From positions 734 through 64,733 of the forward strand of contig JACPAM010000109.1 in assembly GCA_016180805.1 (NCBI GenBank): DNA of 64,000 nucleotides, read 5' to 3'. Positions 8,553 through 18,908 of this stretch are shown one piece after another. Below the pieces are notes generated by a model, which was not told the DNA's origin, searched no databases, and saw only the letters and a list, made by a program, of their open reading frames with translations. The DNA is from Deltaproteobacteria bacterium. GTDB taxonomy: Bacteria > Desulfobacterota > Binatia > UBA9968. The position numbers and the translations under genes were made by a program. Within the stretch, counting starts at the first letter, position 1; each line of letters opens with the position of its first letter.

Positions 8553-10223
8553 CTACATCTCGTGGGGGCCCCACTCCCAGGGATCGACGTGGACATCCAA
8601 GACAGCGGGCCGTTTTTGCGCCAGCGCTCCTGCTAGCGCGCCAGCAAGCGCCTCCGGCCGCTCGACCCTCTCGGCCGCGGCTCCCATGGCTTGGGCGCAG
8701 CGGACCACGTCCACGTTGGGTTCCGTGATATCGACCGTCTCATAGCGGCTCTGCTGCGCGGCGGGCCCGCCTCTCAGCTTCAAAAATATCTTATCGTTGA
8801 GGTAAGAGCGATTGTTGCAGATGACGGCAACCACGGGAATACCGTAGCGGCAGGCGGTCCACAGGGCCTGCGGATAATAGAGAAAGCTCCCATCACCCAC
8901 GAACGCGACGACTTCTCTTTCGGGTTTCGCTAGTTTTACGCCCAGCGCGGCAGGCAGTCCCCATCCCAAGCAGCCCGCGGTCTCAACATAGTGGAGGCCG
9001 GGCCCAGGGAAATCGAAAAACCTTCTAAGAAAGCCGTGCGACCCGCTGGCCTCATCAATGACAATGGCGTCCGCAGGCAAAGCCCGCCTTAGCTCCCCGA
9101 TGAGCCTTACAGGCGAGACCGGAATCCGCTCCCAGCGCTCCGCCATCTCCTTGCGCTTTGCATCCTCCCGCCTCACCTTTTCCTCCTCGATCTCCCGCGC
9201 TCGCTCGCGCGCCCGAGCTTCCAAGCTTTCACCCCCCAGCTCGCGCACCGCGCTGAGCAGCTCTTCGATACAAGCCCGCGGGTCACCGTAGAGGCCCACC
9301 GCCACAGGATGGTTCTTACCAATGACGCCGGGATCAGCATCGATGTGGATGACAGCGAGCCCTGGAGGGATGAGGCCAAGGTCGCGGATTTGCCGCTCGA
9401 TGAAAAGCGACTGCCCGACGACGATGAGCAGATCCGCGCGCTCGCCCGCAGCTTTGCTATACGTGCCGAGGTGGTAAGAGTGGGTAGTGGGCAAACAACA
9501 GGGGTAGCGCGAGTCGTCGTAAAGTCGGATCGCAAGCAGGTTTGCAAGCTCGATGATGAGCGGCAAGGCGCCGACCCGCTCCGCTTGCGGTCCGGAAAGG
9601 AGGGCAGGTGACTTGGCGCGCACAAGGTATTCTGCGGCCCGCCGAAGCTCTTCGCGATCCGGCCTCACCTTTTTTCCCAGCGAGCGCGTAAGCGCATGAG
9701 GGATCTCCTCCTTCACCGTCTCGTCAAGATAATCCCGCGGTATCGAGATGAGCGCAGGGCCCGTGGGAGGATCGGTGGCTTCCTTGAACGCTCGATGCAC
9801 CCCATAGGCGATCTCGTCGGCGCTCGTGATCCGGCACGCCCATTTGACCCAAGGTTTGGCGATCTCAAGAAGCCCGGACCCCAGAAAAGGGTCACGGTTG
9901 AGAAGCCGGCTGGGCTGCTCTCCCAGCAGAACGACAAGAGGAGTCCGCGAATAGTAGGCGTTGAAGATGTTCCCCAGGCCGTGTGCGATGCCCGGCGCGG
10001 CATGGAGGCTTACGACTCCAGGACTCCCGCTCGCCCAGGCATAGCCATCCGCCATGGCGACGCCGATGGCCTCGTGAAGGGCGAGGACATAATTAAGGCT
10101 CGGATAGTCGGGAAGCACATCGAGCCAAGGGACTTCGCTCGATCCGGGGTTGCCAAAAATATGCCGCACGTGTTCCGCGACCAAAGCCTCAAGAAACGCT
10201 CGGTTGCCTTTTTTGTCCGCCAT
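8553..10223 (-). CDS. thiamine-pyrophosphate-dependent enzyme (acetolactate synthase / benzoylformate decarboxylase-like) with a charged ~40-aa insert
   Basis: TPP-enzyme N-terminal, middle and C-terminal (GDG...N) regions present. Start set to ATG 10223 (MADKKGN), which has the AAGGAGG SD; M1 at 10241 directly abuts the upstream gene's TGA stop (10238-10240) and lacks an SD of its own. Insert is ...RARERAREIEEEKVRREDAKRKEMAERWER. Confidence 0.75.
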   Translation of the reverse strand: MADKKGNRAFLEALVAEHVRHIFGNPGSSEVPWLDVLPDYPSLNYVLALHEAIGVAMADGYAWASGSPGVVSLHAAPGIAHGLGNIFNAYYSRTPLVVLLGEQPSRLLNRDPFLGSGLLEIAKPWVKWACRITSADEIAYGVHRAFKEATDPPTGPALISIPRDYLDETVKEEIPHALTRSLGKKVRPDREELRRAAEYLVRAKSPALLSGPQAERVGALPLIIELANLLAIRLYDDSRYPCCLPTTHSYHLGTYSKAAGERADLLIVVGQSLFIERQIRDLGLIPPGLAVIHIDADPGVIGKNHPVAVGLYGDPRACIEELLSAVRELGGESLEARARERAREIEEEKVRREDAKRKEMAERWERIPVSPVRLIGELRRALPADAIVIDEASGSHGFLRRFFDFPGPGLHYVETAGCLGWGLPAALGVKLAKPEREVVAFVGDGSFLYYPQALWTACRYGIPVVAVICNNRSYLNDKIFLKLRGGPAAQQSRYETVDITEPNVDVVRCAQAMGAAAERVERPEALAGALAGALAQKRPAVLDVHVDPWEWGPHEM

Positions 10224-10237
10224 GCTTGAAGCCTCCT

Positions 10238-11296
10238 TCATTTGCCGGGAACCGCGCCGCCCCAGAGCTCTTTCAGGAAGCCGCTCTTTTCTAAGTTCTC
10301 GACGAAGCTGTTATCAAAGAGCTCCTCGGCCTTTTTCCTGATGTTTGTGCCCGCCTCGCGCGCAACTTGCACTTCCTCCTCCATTCCGTTTGCCGGTATG
10401 ATCATCCTCCGGTTGATGATGGCCCTGGCAAAGGTATCGTACGCGGATTGCAGCGCCTCGGGGTCATCGAGCTTGAAGACTCGGGCAATGGAGGACTTGG
10501 CCTTGTCCGGATTCTTTTCCACGAAGTAGATCGCCTCGGCCATCGCCGCAACAAATTTCTGCACCAGCCCAGGTCGCTCCTTTAAAGTTTTTGAGTTCGT
10601 GTGCACGGAACTCGAAATAAACGGAATGGCTAGATCGTTTAGATTGTAAACCAAATTAAAGCCATCCTTCTTGCCGCGCACGTCCAGAGGAGGCCCAACC
10701 GGAGTAGCTTGGATGACGTCCATGACCAATGCCTGATATTTCTCGGGCTGGCTGGCTCCGATGGAGCGGATCTTCACCTCCTCCTCAGTCAAATTGAACT
10801 TTTTCAGAAGCACCTTTGACAGCCGGTGATCCAAAGCGCCCGGCAGCGACACCCCGATGGTCTTGCCTTTCAGATCCGCGATCTTCTGGATGTCCTTGCG
10901 GGCCAAGAGAACAAAAGGGACCCCTATCTGCAGTGACGCCACGATCTTGGCATCTATCCCCGTGGCCATGCCGGCGATTGTGGCAGCAGCAGAGCAGTAC
11001 AGGAACTGGACCTGATCGGAGGATAGAGCTGGAAGCGAGCTTGTAGTGCCCCGGAGAGCGGCATGGGTGACCTTAAGCCCGTATTTGTCAAACAAGCCGT
11101 TGTCCAAGGCAGTGTAGAAGTGGACGTAACCCCCGCTCGTTGCGCAGGTAGCCGCGGTCACTGACACAGGTATCTCGCCCGGTTTGGCCAGGTAGGGATT
11201 GGCCTCGACCCCACGAGACACCAGCACACTGCCGGTAACCACCAAGGCAACTCCGAGTCCGAACCGCAATTTCTTACACGAATTGGCTCGCTTCAT
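10238..11296 (-). CDS. ABC transporter substrate-binding protein, NMT1/THI5 (SsuA/TauA-like) family, secreted
   Basis: Start set to ATG 11296 (MKRANSCKKLRFGLGVALVV), which has an upstream GGAGAGGGAGGG SD and a signal peptide. Co-operonic with the TPP enzyme. Confidence 0.7.
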   Translation of the reverse strand: MKRANSCKKLRFGLGVALVVTGSVLVSRGVEANPYLAKPGEIPVSVTAATCATSGGYVHFYTALDNGLFDKYGLKVTHAALRGTTSSLPALSSDQVQFLYCSAAATIAGMATGIDAKIVASLQIGVPFVLLARKDIQKIADLKGKTIGVSLPGALDHRLSKVLLKKFNLTEEEVKIRSIGASQPEKYQALVMDVIQATPVGPPLDVRGKKDGFNLVYNLNDLAIPFISSSVHTNSKTLKERPGLVQKFVAAMAEAIYFVEKNPDKAKSSIARVFKLDDPEALQSAYDTFARAIINRRMIIPANGMEEEVQVAREAGTNIRKKAEELFDNSFVENLEKSGFLKELWGGAVPGK

Positions 11297-11431
11297 CGTT
11301 TCTCCCTCCCTCTCCAATAAATAATACCGCCGCCTGGGTCGTTGTTGGGTGGAGAGTATCCAGTCACCTCCTTGTATGTCAAACTGAGGCGAGCCCAAAC
11401 GAAGTGCTGCTACCACCGGATCGCCTTGGCG

Positions 11432-12511
11432 CTACTTCTGCCGCGGGTCTACGAGTGACGCATCGGGCAACTTAAGCTCGCCCCGGCGAAGCAGTTTGAC
11501 GGCTTGCACGAGGCTTCGAGCTGCGTTGCGTACCTCTTCGTGGAAATCCTTCTCTCGGTCCAAGTCGTCGTGGCTTGTCGCATAAGGCTCATAGTATCCG
11601 ATGTAGCTCCCCACCAGTGCGCTCTGGCCGGCGGGGATGAGCCCGATGTCGGTCAGCCAGTCGGTGAGGATCCGGCGCAGATTTTCGACCCCGGCCGCAT
11701 CGCCGTGCACGATTACAGAGAACACCCGGCCTGCCAGATGCTTCGGATAGTCCCAACCCTTGAGCTCCAGATCCTTTGCGCGCTGGGGGTTTTTGCCGCC
11801 GGTCGAGGTCGGATCCGGATTGCCACCGTCCGCGCAAACCAGGCGGTCAATCATGAGCTTCAACGAGCTCGGCGCCTGGTACCAGTTGACCGGGCACACG
11901 ATCATGACGCCGTGGGCCGCCACCCAGCGCGGGTAAATCTCCGCCATCCAGTCGCCGACCTGGCCCATCGCGTGGTTCGGATAACAGGAGCACGGCCAGT
12001 TGCACAGCGGCATCGCGGTCGACACGCAAGCCTTGCACGGGTAGATAATGCGCCCGTACTCCGAGGTGAGGCGACTTAGGTCGAGCAGCTCGACCTCGAA
12101 ACCCCTTTCAGCCGCGATTACCTTCTGAGCCATCGAGACAAGTCTGAAAGTCTTCGACATCTCGCCTGGACAGCTCTGGTCGCTCCGGGAGGAGCCGTTG
12201 ATTAGCAGGATGCGCGATGAAGACTTGCGGTTTTTTTGCTGCCTTTCGGCTTGTTGAATCGCCCTTCGAGTCTCCAGCCATTCCATCGGGAGCCGGAAGT
12301 TGGGGTCGGCGAACCCGGATCCGGCTGCCCGAGTACGGGGGCTCTTGCGGTACCTGTCATACCCCTCCCACGCCTTTTCAATGATCCTCTCGATCTCCTC
12401 TTGCAGCTCCCCGAAGGCGGGATCATAAAAGCGGCTCCGGACCCGCCGCTGAAATTCCTCTCTGGTAAGTTGTACACCTGGCATGCCCTTTCGGACTTTC
12501 GGCTTCACCAT
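11432..12511 (-). CDS. flavodoxin-like / NADPH-dependent FMN reductase family protein with ~100-aa N-terminal extension and Cys cluster
   Basis: Core RILLINGSSR... flavodoxin-fold signature. Cys cluster YPCKACVSTAMPLCNWPCSC. Confidence 0.55.
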   Translation of the reverse strand: MVKPKVRKGMPGVQLTREEFQRRVRSRFYDPAFGELQEEIERIIEKAWEGYDRYRKSPRTRAAGSGFADPNFRLPMEWLETRRAIQQAERQQKNRKSSSRILLINGSSRSDQSCPGEMSKTFRLVSMAQKVIAAERGFEVELLDLSRLTSEYGRIIYPCKACVSTAMPLCNWPCSCYPNHAMGQVGDWMAEIYPRWVAAHGVMIVCPVNWYQAPSSLKLMIDRLVCADGGNPDPTSTGGKNPQRAKDLELKGWDYPKHLAGRVFSVIVHGDAAGVENLRRILTDWLTDIGLIPAGQSALVGSYIGYYEPYATSHDDLDREKDFHEEVRNAARSLVQAVKLLRRGELKLPDASLVDPRQK

Positions 12512-12523
12512 GATGAACCTCCT

Positions 12524-13249
12524 CTACGGCATCGCTTCCAACAACTTGCCATACCCGTTGACCGGCTGCCTTACGTGGAGCCGCTTCTGGATCGCCCACA
12601 CGCGGGCGGGCACCGGATGAATAACCGGCACCCCGAGGTCCTGCTCCAGAGGCGCGATGATATCCAGCGTGCGCCAGCCGGAGCCGAGCATGTAGATCGC
12701 GTCGGCTTCGGAATGGCGCAGAAAGACTTTTCGCGTGTGAGCGTAAACCTCTTGGGAGGAAAGCCGACCCACATCTTCGAAGGCCACCGCGATCCCCTCC
12801 ATGCCCAGGACATCGAGACCGCCTTCTTTGAAATAGCGGGAAAAAGTCTCGTTGATTTTGCCGGTGAAGTAGGTCACGCCGAGTATTCTCTTCACGTTTA
12901 AGGCCCGCATCGCTTCCACCTGCGTCATCCCGGCCGTGACAACGGGAATTTTAAACTTTTTCTCCCATTCCCCGACGACGCTTTTTTCTCCCTCGAACCC
13001 CTGGACCATGAAGGGAGGCGCCCCCTCCGGGTGAATGAGATCCGGTTTGAGCTGTGCCAGCTCGGCCACTTTGGCCTCATAGGCCACCATCGCCGCCTGA
13101 AACTCGTCCTCCGTGCCACGCTGGATCCCGAGGAACAAAGGAATCACTCCGATCCCCTCGGGAAGCAAGCGGATGAATTCCTCCAGCGAACCTGGTCTCA
13201 TCGTGGGCTTGATGACCCCGACGACACCCCGCCAACTCGTATACGCCAT
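12524..13249 (-). CDS. Asp/Glu/hydantoin racemase superfamily protein (maleate isomerase / arylmalonate decarboxylase-like)
   Basis: Start at ATG 13249 (MAYTSWRGVVGVIKPT) with an AGGAGAAAG SD. Size and profile typical of the family. Confidence 0.55.
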   Translation of the reverse strand: MAYTSWRGVVGVIKPTMRPGSLEEFIRLLPEGIGVIPLFLGIQRGTEDEFQAAMVAYEAKVAELAQLKPDLIHPEGAPPFMVQGFEGEKSVVGEWEKKFKIPVVTAGMTQVEAMRALNVKRILGVTYFTGKINETFSRYFKEGGLDVLGMEGIAVAFEDVGRLSSQEVYAHTRKVFLRHSEADAIYMLGSGWRTLDIIAPLEQDLGVPVIHPVPARVWAIQKRLHVRQPVNGYGKLLEAMP

Positions 13250-13322
13250 GGCTTTCTCCTTTCCGATCCTTGCTATGCCCGCCGAAAAGTTATACGCGAT
13301 TAAGAGCGAGACGATCAAGATA

Positions 13323-15542
13323 ATGCGGCTCTTGGTTGTATCCAACAGGCTCCCCGTTACTGGGGTCGAACGGAACGGCAAGCTCCAGTTCCAAAAAAGC
13401 GTCGGCGGCCTTGTCTCCGGTCTCAGCGCCTATCTGGACTCTCTGAAGGGTTCCCCCCTGGCCAACTCCGAATATGTCTGGGTGGGTTGGCCGGGCATCA
13501 CGGTCAGCGACAGAGAAAAAGAGCGGCTGAAGGCGGATTTCGTCACCCGGCTTCAGGCCTATCCCGTGTTCCTCTCCGAGCGGGACATGGGAGCTTTTTA
13601 CCTCGGCTTTTGCAACAAGACCATCTGGCCGCTGTTCCACTATTTCCCGGACCGAGCCACGTTCGACGAAGACTACTGGAAGTCCTACGTCAGAGTCAAT
13701 GAGACCTTCCGTAACGCCGTGTTGGAGATCATCCAGCCCGAAGACGTCGTGTGGGTTCATGACTACCACCTCATGCTGCTCCCCAAGCTTCTCAGGGAGG
13801 CCATGCCTGATATCCTCACCGGGTTCTTTCTCCACATCCCCTTCCCCTCCTTTGAGCTTTTTCGTTTGCTGGCAAGGAAATGGTCGAGGGAGATTCTCGA
13901 AGGCCTGTTAGGCGCCAACCTTATCGGCTTTCACACCCACGAATACACGCAGTACTTCTTGCGCTGCGTATTGCGCATCCTGGGCCACGAGCACGACATG
14001 GGGCGCTTCGTTATCAACCAGCGCTTCGTCAAAGCCGAGACCTTCCCGATGGGCATCGACTTCCAGAGATTTCATCACACGGCCCTCAGTCCCGAGATTC
14101 AGAAGGAGACGGCGCAGCTCAAGAAGTCGCTCGGTGACTTCAACGTGATCCTCTCCATCGACCGGCTGGACTATACCAAGGGAGTCGTCCAGCGCTTGCG
14201 GGGCTACGAAGCCTTCCTGCGACAAAACCCGCACTGGCACGGAAGGGTCATTCTCGCGCTCGTTGTCGTCCCGTCCCGCATCGGCGTCGAGCATTACCAG
14301 CAGATGAAGCGGCAGATCGACGAGCTGGTCGGGAAAATCAACGGCACGTTCGGCAACCTGAAATGGACGCCCATTCTATATCAATACAAGTTTGTGCCGA
14401 TTGAGCCCTTGATTGCCCTCTACAGGGCTTGCGATGTCGCCCTGGTCACCCCATTGCGCGACGGCATGAACCTCATTGCCAAGGAGTATGTCGCTTCGAG
14501 AACCGACCAAACCGGGGTTTTGATCCTGAGCGAGATGGCGGGCGCCGCCAAGGAGTTGCGGGAAGCCATCCTCATCAACCCCACGGACATAGAGGAGATC
14601 GCCGAAGCGCTCAAGGAAGCCCTGGAGATGGAGCGGGAGGAACAGATCCGGCGAAACCAGGCGATGCAGGCCCGGCTCAGGCGCTGCGACGTGGTTCGCT
14701 GGGCTGATGACTTCATTCGCGACCTCCTCTCCCTCAGGGAGGAACGCAGAGGGTGGGAAGCCAAAGCCTCCAGCCCTTCGCTGCAGGAGCCCTTGCTCCA
14801 CAGCGCGCGAACAGCCGAGCGACGCCTTCTCTTTCTCGACTACGACGGCACTCTCGCCGAGTTCGAGGGCGACCCGCAAAAGGCGAAACCCAGCGCGCAG
14901 CTTCTCTCCATCCTTCAGAGCCTTGCCAGCGACTTGAGAAACGATGTCGTCCTCATCAGCGGGCGGGATAAGGCAACGCTGCATCGATGGTTCGGCACGC
15001 TTTCAATCGCGCTGGTCGCGGAGCACGGAGCGTGGATAAAGGAACAAAAAGACATGCAATGGCGGATGCTCGCGCCCTCCGCCAACGACTGGAAGCCGAA
15101 GATTTTGCCGCTGCTCGAATTCTACGCGGACCGGCTTCCCGGCTCGTGGGTGGAACAGAAGGACTGCTCCCTCGTCTGGCATTACCGCAAGGCGGATCCC
15201 GAGCAGGGCTCCGCGTGGGCCAAGGAGCTCGTCGACGAGCTGGTGAACTTCACCGCAAATATCGACGTGCATGTGCTTCAGGGAAGCAAAGTAGTCGAGG
15301 TAAGGCAGGCCGGAGTCAACAAGGGCACCGCCGGCATGCACTTTTTGACGCAGAAGCGGCCCGATTTCGTGCTGGCAATAGGCGACGACTCGACCGACGA
15401 GGACCTATTCCGCATCCTTCCACAAACCGCCTACTCGATCCGGGTAGGGATGAGCCAGTCTCACGCCAAGTTCACTCTCCCCGATCACCGGGAGGTTCTC
15501 CGCCTTCTCGACGCATTGGCACAGGCCGGCCACAACCTCTAG
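13323..15542 (+). CDS. otsAB: bifunctional trehalose-6-phosphate synthase / trehalose-6-phosphate phosphatase (OtsA-OtsB fusion)
   Basis: N-terminal GT20 domain (HDYHLMLLP, ...GFFLHIPFP) and C-terminal HAD phosphatase (LFLDYDGTL, GDDSTDEDLF). Start at ATG 13323 (MRLLVVSNRLPV), avoiding overlap with the divergent gene. Confidence 0.9.
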   Translation: MRLLVVSNRLPVTGVERNGKLQFQKSVGGLVSGLSAYLDSLKGSPLANSEYVWVGWPGITVSDREKERLKADFVTRLQAYPVFLSERDMGAFYLGFCNKTIWPLFHYFPDRATFDEDYWKSYVRVNETFRNAVLEIIQPEDVVWVHDYHLMLLPKLLREAMPDILTGFFLHIPFPSFELFRLLARKWSREILEGLLGANLIGFHTHEYTQYFLRCVLRILGHEHDMGRFVINQRFVKAETFPMGIDFQRFHHTALSPEIQKETAQLKKSLGDFNVILSIDRLDYTKGVVQRLRGYEAFLRQNPHWHGRVILALVVVPSRIGVEHYQQMKRQIDELVGKINGTFGNLKWTPILYQYKFVPIEPLIALYRACDVALVTPLRDGMNLIAKEYVASRTDQTGVLILSEMAGAAKELREAILINPTDIEEIAEALKEALEMEREEQIRRNQAMQARLRRCDVVRWADDFIRDLLSLREERRGWEAKASSPSLQEPLLHSARTAERRLLFLDYDGTLAEFEGDPQKAKPSAQLLSILQSLASDLRNDVVLISGRDKATLHRWFGTLSIALVAEHGAWIKEQKDMQWRMLAPSANDWKPKILPLLEFYADRLPGSWVEQKDCSLVWHYRKADPEQGSAWAKELVDELVNFTANIDVHVLQGSKVVEVRQAGVNKGTAGMHFLTQKRPDFVLAIGDDSTDEDLFRILPQTAYSIRVGMSQSHAKFTLPDHREVLRLLDALAQAGHNL

Positions 15543-15591
15543 CCTCCCGCGCTTTGACCCAAAGCGAATTGTCCAGTACAAAGATGGCTTC

Positions 15592-17040
15592 ATGGAAAAG
15601 CGCGTCGATTGGTTGATGCTCAGCAACGCGATGCTCTGCACCTTTTTCGTTGGCATCGGTTATATGATTTTCATCATCTCCCTGCCCACTTTGGCCAATC
15701 GGCTCGGCACCGATCTGCTCGGCATCTCCTGGGCCATGATTTCCTACCAGCTCGCCACGATCAGTCTGTCGCTGGTTTTTGGCCGCGCCGGCGACCTCTA
15801 TGGTCGAGCCAAAATATTCCGCCACGGCATCCTGGTCTTTACCCTCGCCTCTCTCCTTTGTGGTCTGTCCCAAGACGTCTTGCAGCTCATATCTTTTCGC
15901 CTTGTGCAGGGTGTGGGCGGCGCCATGTGTCTTTCCCAGGCCAGGGCCCTGGCTATGGAGGCCGTGGATGAAGGATCAGCCGGAAAGGCGCAGGCCCTGA
16001 TGACCACGGCTCACTACGCGGGCTTCCTGCTCGGCCCGAGCCTTGGCGGAATCATCATTGACCTCATTCACTGGAGGGCGATCTTCTTCTTTCTCGTCCC
16101 CATGGGATTGGCGGCGCTCTGGCTAAGCCGCAGCCCCGAGAGCACACCGGTAGCCCCGATCCCTGCCAAAGAGAAGAGGCCGGATCGCGCCATCGACTAC
16201 GCCGGCGCGGCCCTGCTCGTAGCCGCCACGATCGCCCTGCTTGCAGTCATCGACCGAAGAATCATGGAAAAAATCAGCTGGGCTTGGCGCAACATGCTCC
16301 TTTCGGCCTTTGCTGGCTCCTTTTTCGGCTTTCTCTTGCGCGAGAGGAAAACCCCGAGCCCAATTTTGCACCTCGCCCTGTTTAGGATCCGGGAATTTAC
16401 CTTTAGCACGCTTTCTCTGCTTTTGGTGACGACCACTCATAGCTCGACAAATTTTGTCGTTCCCTTCTATCTCCAGGAAGTTCTCCTCCTCTCACCCACC
16501 TTCATGGGACTGCTGTTTGCCAGCGGTCCGATTCTCACGATGACGATCTCTCCTTTGGGAGGACACCTCTCCGATAAGGTAGGGCCGAAGCTGCCGGCGA
16601 CCGCCGGTGTTGTCCTCTTCACCGCCGCCTCAGCACTCGGGCTGAGCCTCAGGGCAGATTCCCACTGGTGGGTTCCCACTGCGATCCTAGCCCTGAGCGG
16701 TTTGGGCCTGGCGCTCTTCTATTCGCCGAACCATGCCGCCATGATCGGGTCCGTCCCGAAAGAGCACCGTGGCGTCGCCACCGGAGCCCTTTTTATGACT
16801 TTCGGTCTCGGAAACGCCTTAGGCGTGAGCCTGGGCAGTTTTCTGATGACAGCGTTCTTTAGGTATGTGACCGGACGAGATGCCGCCGCTCCCACCCCAG
16901 CCGACCCGAGAGCCTTCGTGGCCGCCTTGAATTACACGTTCCTAAGCGTCAGTGCGGTGGCCCTGGCCGCCGTCATGACATCGCTTCTGCGGGAAAGAAA
17001 AGTGAAAGAGAACGCCGCGAGAAGTGGAAAACCCTGCTGA
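15592..17040 (+). CDS. MFS transporter (DHA2-like, ~14 TMS)
   Basis: 482 aa, highly hydrophobic, MFS motifs (GRAGDLYGR). Confidence 0.8.
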   Translation: MEKRVDWLMLSNAMLCTFFVGIGYMIFIISLPTLANRLGTDLLGISWAMISYQLATISLSLVFGRAGDLYGRAKIFRHGILVFTLASLLCGLSQDVLQLISFRLVQGVGGAMCLSQARALAMEAVDEGSAGKAQALMTTAHYAGFLLGPSLGGIIIDLIHWRAIFFFLVPMGLAALWLSRSPESTPVAPIPAKEKRPDRAIDYAGAALLVAATIALLAVIDRRIMEKISWAWRNMLLSAFAGSFFGFLLRERKTPSPILHLALFRIREFTFSTLSLLLVTTTHSSTNFVVPFYLQEVLLLSPTFMGLLFASGPILTMTISPLGGHLSDKVGPKLPATAGVVLFTAASALGLSLRADSHWWVPTAILALSGLGLALFYSPNHAAMIGSVPKEHRGVATGALFMTFGLGNALGVSLGSFLMTAFFRYVTGRDAAAPTPADPRAFVAALNYTFLSVSAVALAAVMTSLLRERKVKENAARSGKPC

Positions 17041-17057
17041 CACGTCTTTGGCGTAGA

Positions 17058-18533
17058 TCAGACCGATGCCAATATCTTTTGAAATTTCGCTTTGAGCTTT
17101 GCGCGCAGCTCCGCACTGACTTCGACCACCCGCGGAAACTTACCCCGCAGTTTTCGGTCGTAGGGAATGCACGCGTCGACGAGAATCCGGTTATTGAAAT
17201 TTCCCGGCAGGAACATCGGATCCCGCCCCGAAGACCAGGCTTTCTGAATGATATCGATATCGGCGATGGGATCGAAGCGCGTGCACATTGCCCACAGCAC
17301 CTGCTCCAGGTCGGAGCAGTCGATATCCTCATCCACCACGACCGTCCATTTCCCATTGTAGGCCCCCGCCGAGCACGAAGAAGCCACATGCAGAACATTG
17401 CGCGAGTGCCCGGGATAGCGCTGGCGGATCTGAATCACGGTAAAGCGCGTGGCTGGGCCGGCCTCGTGGTTCCACACGCCGAGGATCTCCGGCAGACCAC
17501 AGGCATCGAGCGCTTTCCAAATTTCCGCAGCGCCCGCGATCCCCTTGAGCAGTCCCGTTTCGTCCACCGGCTTGTGCTGGGGCGCGCAGGTGAGGATCGG
17601 ATCGTCCCGGTAGAGAACGGTCTTAACGTCGATGTAGGGGCGGGGAACGACGTCATCAGAAATATAGCCCATCCACTCGCCGAACGGCCCCTCCGCCTTG
17701 ACGTTTCCCGGAACGACTTCGCCTTCGACGGCGATCTCGGCATCTGCCGGTATCGGAAAGCCAGTATAGGGCCCCTTGACGACCTCGATGGGCTCCCCCC
17801 GAATGCCGCCGGCAAACTCCAGCTCGGAGATCCCTTCGGGAAGCGGGCTTGCCGAAAGCATATACAGCAGCGGATCCTGGCCGCACACGACCACCACTTT
17901 CATGCTCTGGCCGCGCTCGAAGTATTTGTCGCGATGAATCCTTCCGTGCTTCCCCTCGGTGATCTGACAGCCGATAGTTTTTCCGTCGTAAACCTGGCAC
18001 CGGTAAGCTCCCAAGTTAAACCAGTCGGCGTCGGGGTCTTTGGTGATCACGCAGTCGGCCGTGCCGATAAAGCGTGACGTATCGAGCTCATGGTGGACGG
18101 GGACTGGAAACTTCAGCACGTCCACATCGTCGCCTTCCAAGACATGGTCGAGAACGGGTCCTTTGCTGACAAACCTGGGCTTCATGAGCTTCAGGCTTTG
18201 GATCCGCGCGTGGTAGGCCTTTACGATGTCGCACTTGCGCTCGTATTCGAGTGGTAAGCCCAGCGTCAGGGCGATCCGCTTCATCGTCGAAAATTGCCCG
18301 TAGAGAGTCCTGAACCCTTTCGGGTAGCCGGGCACCTCATCGAAAAGGATGGCCGGGGCCGTCCCCTTGCTCCGCTCGGTCAAGAGTTGCGTGATGCTAC
18401 CCATCTCCCGGTCCCAGTGAGCCCCGTTGATCCTCAGAAGCTCGCCCATCCGGTCTACCCGGTCGACCCAATCCCTGAGGCCACGATACCTCACCTGCCC
18501 TTCGACTTCGCGAACTTTCTCTGCGCGCGCCAT
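17058..18533 (-). CDS. UbiD-family (prFMN-dependent) decarboxylase, paralog 1
   Basis: 491 aa. UbiD-family profile similar to the two other paralogs at 32655 and 55463. Confidence 0.85.
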   Translation of the reverse strand: MARAEKVREVEGQVRYRGLRDWVDRVDRMGELLRINGAHWDREMGSITQLLTERSKGTAPAILFDEVPGYPKGFRTLYGQFSTMKRIALTLGLPLEYERKCDIVKAYHARIQSLKLMKPRFVSKGPVLDHVLEGDDVDVLKFPVPVHHELDTSRFIGTADCVITKDPDADWFNLGAYRCQVYDGKTIGCQITEGKHGRIHRDKYFERGQSMKVVVVCGQDPLLYMLSASPLPEGISELEFAGGIRGEPIEVVKGPYTGFPIPADAEIAVEGEVVPGNVKAEGPFGEWMGYISDDVVPRPYIDVKTVLYRDDPILTCAPQHKPVDETGLLKGIAGAAEIWKALDACGLPEILGVWNHEAGPATRFTVIQIRQRYPGHSRNVLHVASSCSAGAYNGKWTVVVDEDIDCSDLEQVLWAMCTRFDPIADIDIIQKAWSSGRDPMFLPGNFNNRILVDACIPYDRKLRGKFPRVVEVSAELRAKLKAKFQKILASV

Positions 18534-18732
18534 CCTCTCCTCCTTGTGTTAGTGGAACCACGCTTGAAGCGCTTCAAACCCACCATATGATTGCACGCGA
18601 CCTTCTGTCAAGGAATCCGGGCCAAATGGCCCATATGAACGGGCGGAGCCGCCCCTCCAGCCCGCGCGATGGTTCACCAGTCTCGGCGGCAAGCCTCTCC
18701 GTCCGAGGGCAATAACAAAATAAAAATCACGG

Positions 18733-18888
18733 CTCGCCCCCTCGACCGGCACACCTTCCCTTCGAAGCCCGAGGGGGACGAGGAGGAAGGCCGCGGACGT
18801 CCGATTACAGACGGTACGACTCATGGCACGAACGCATCGGCCGCGGCCTGATGGCTCGGCCCCCGAGGAGCTTTCGAGGGCATCATCG
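18733..18888 (+). repeat. structured intergenic repeat family, copy 1 (short variant)
   Basis: Shares CCCTCGAC..GAAGCCCGAGGGGGA, GAGGAGGAAGGCCGC, GGACGTCCGATTACAGACGGTACGACTCATGGCACGAAC..ATCGGCCGC and a CCCCCGAGGAGCTTTCGAGGG terminus with the other copies. Confidence 0.7.
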
Positions 18889-18908
18889 GACAAAGGGCCG
18901 AGAGTTTG

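Noticed and set aside
12236-12901. Numerous 60-220-aa ORFs antisense to or nested in confident genes (e.g. 12236..12901, 13290..13835, 14376..14984, 20345..21109, 21344..21841, 25210..25761, 53039..53932, 55697..56887, 59506..60726)
   Set aside because: Typical of a high-GC genome. No homology signal, overlap with well-supported genes, and Arg/Pro/Gly-rich low-complexity translations.
18669-18851. ORFs 18669..18851(+), 27370..27798(+), 52559..52771(-) and others whose translations all contain ...GCGRPITDGTTHGT...
   Set aside because: They are reading-frame artefacts of the same DNA repeat family, with identical DNA rather than protein homology, no ribosome-binding sites, and variable flanks. 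Called as repeats, not CDS.
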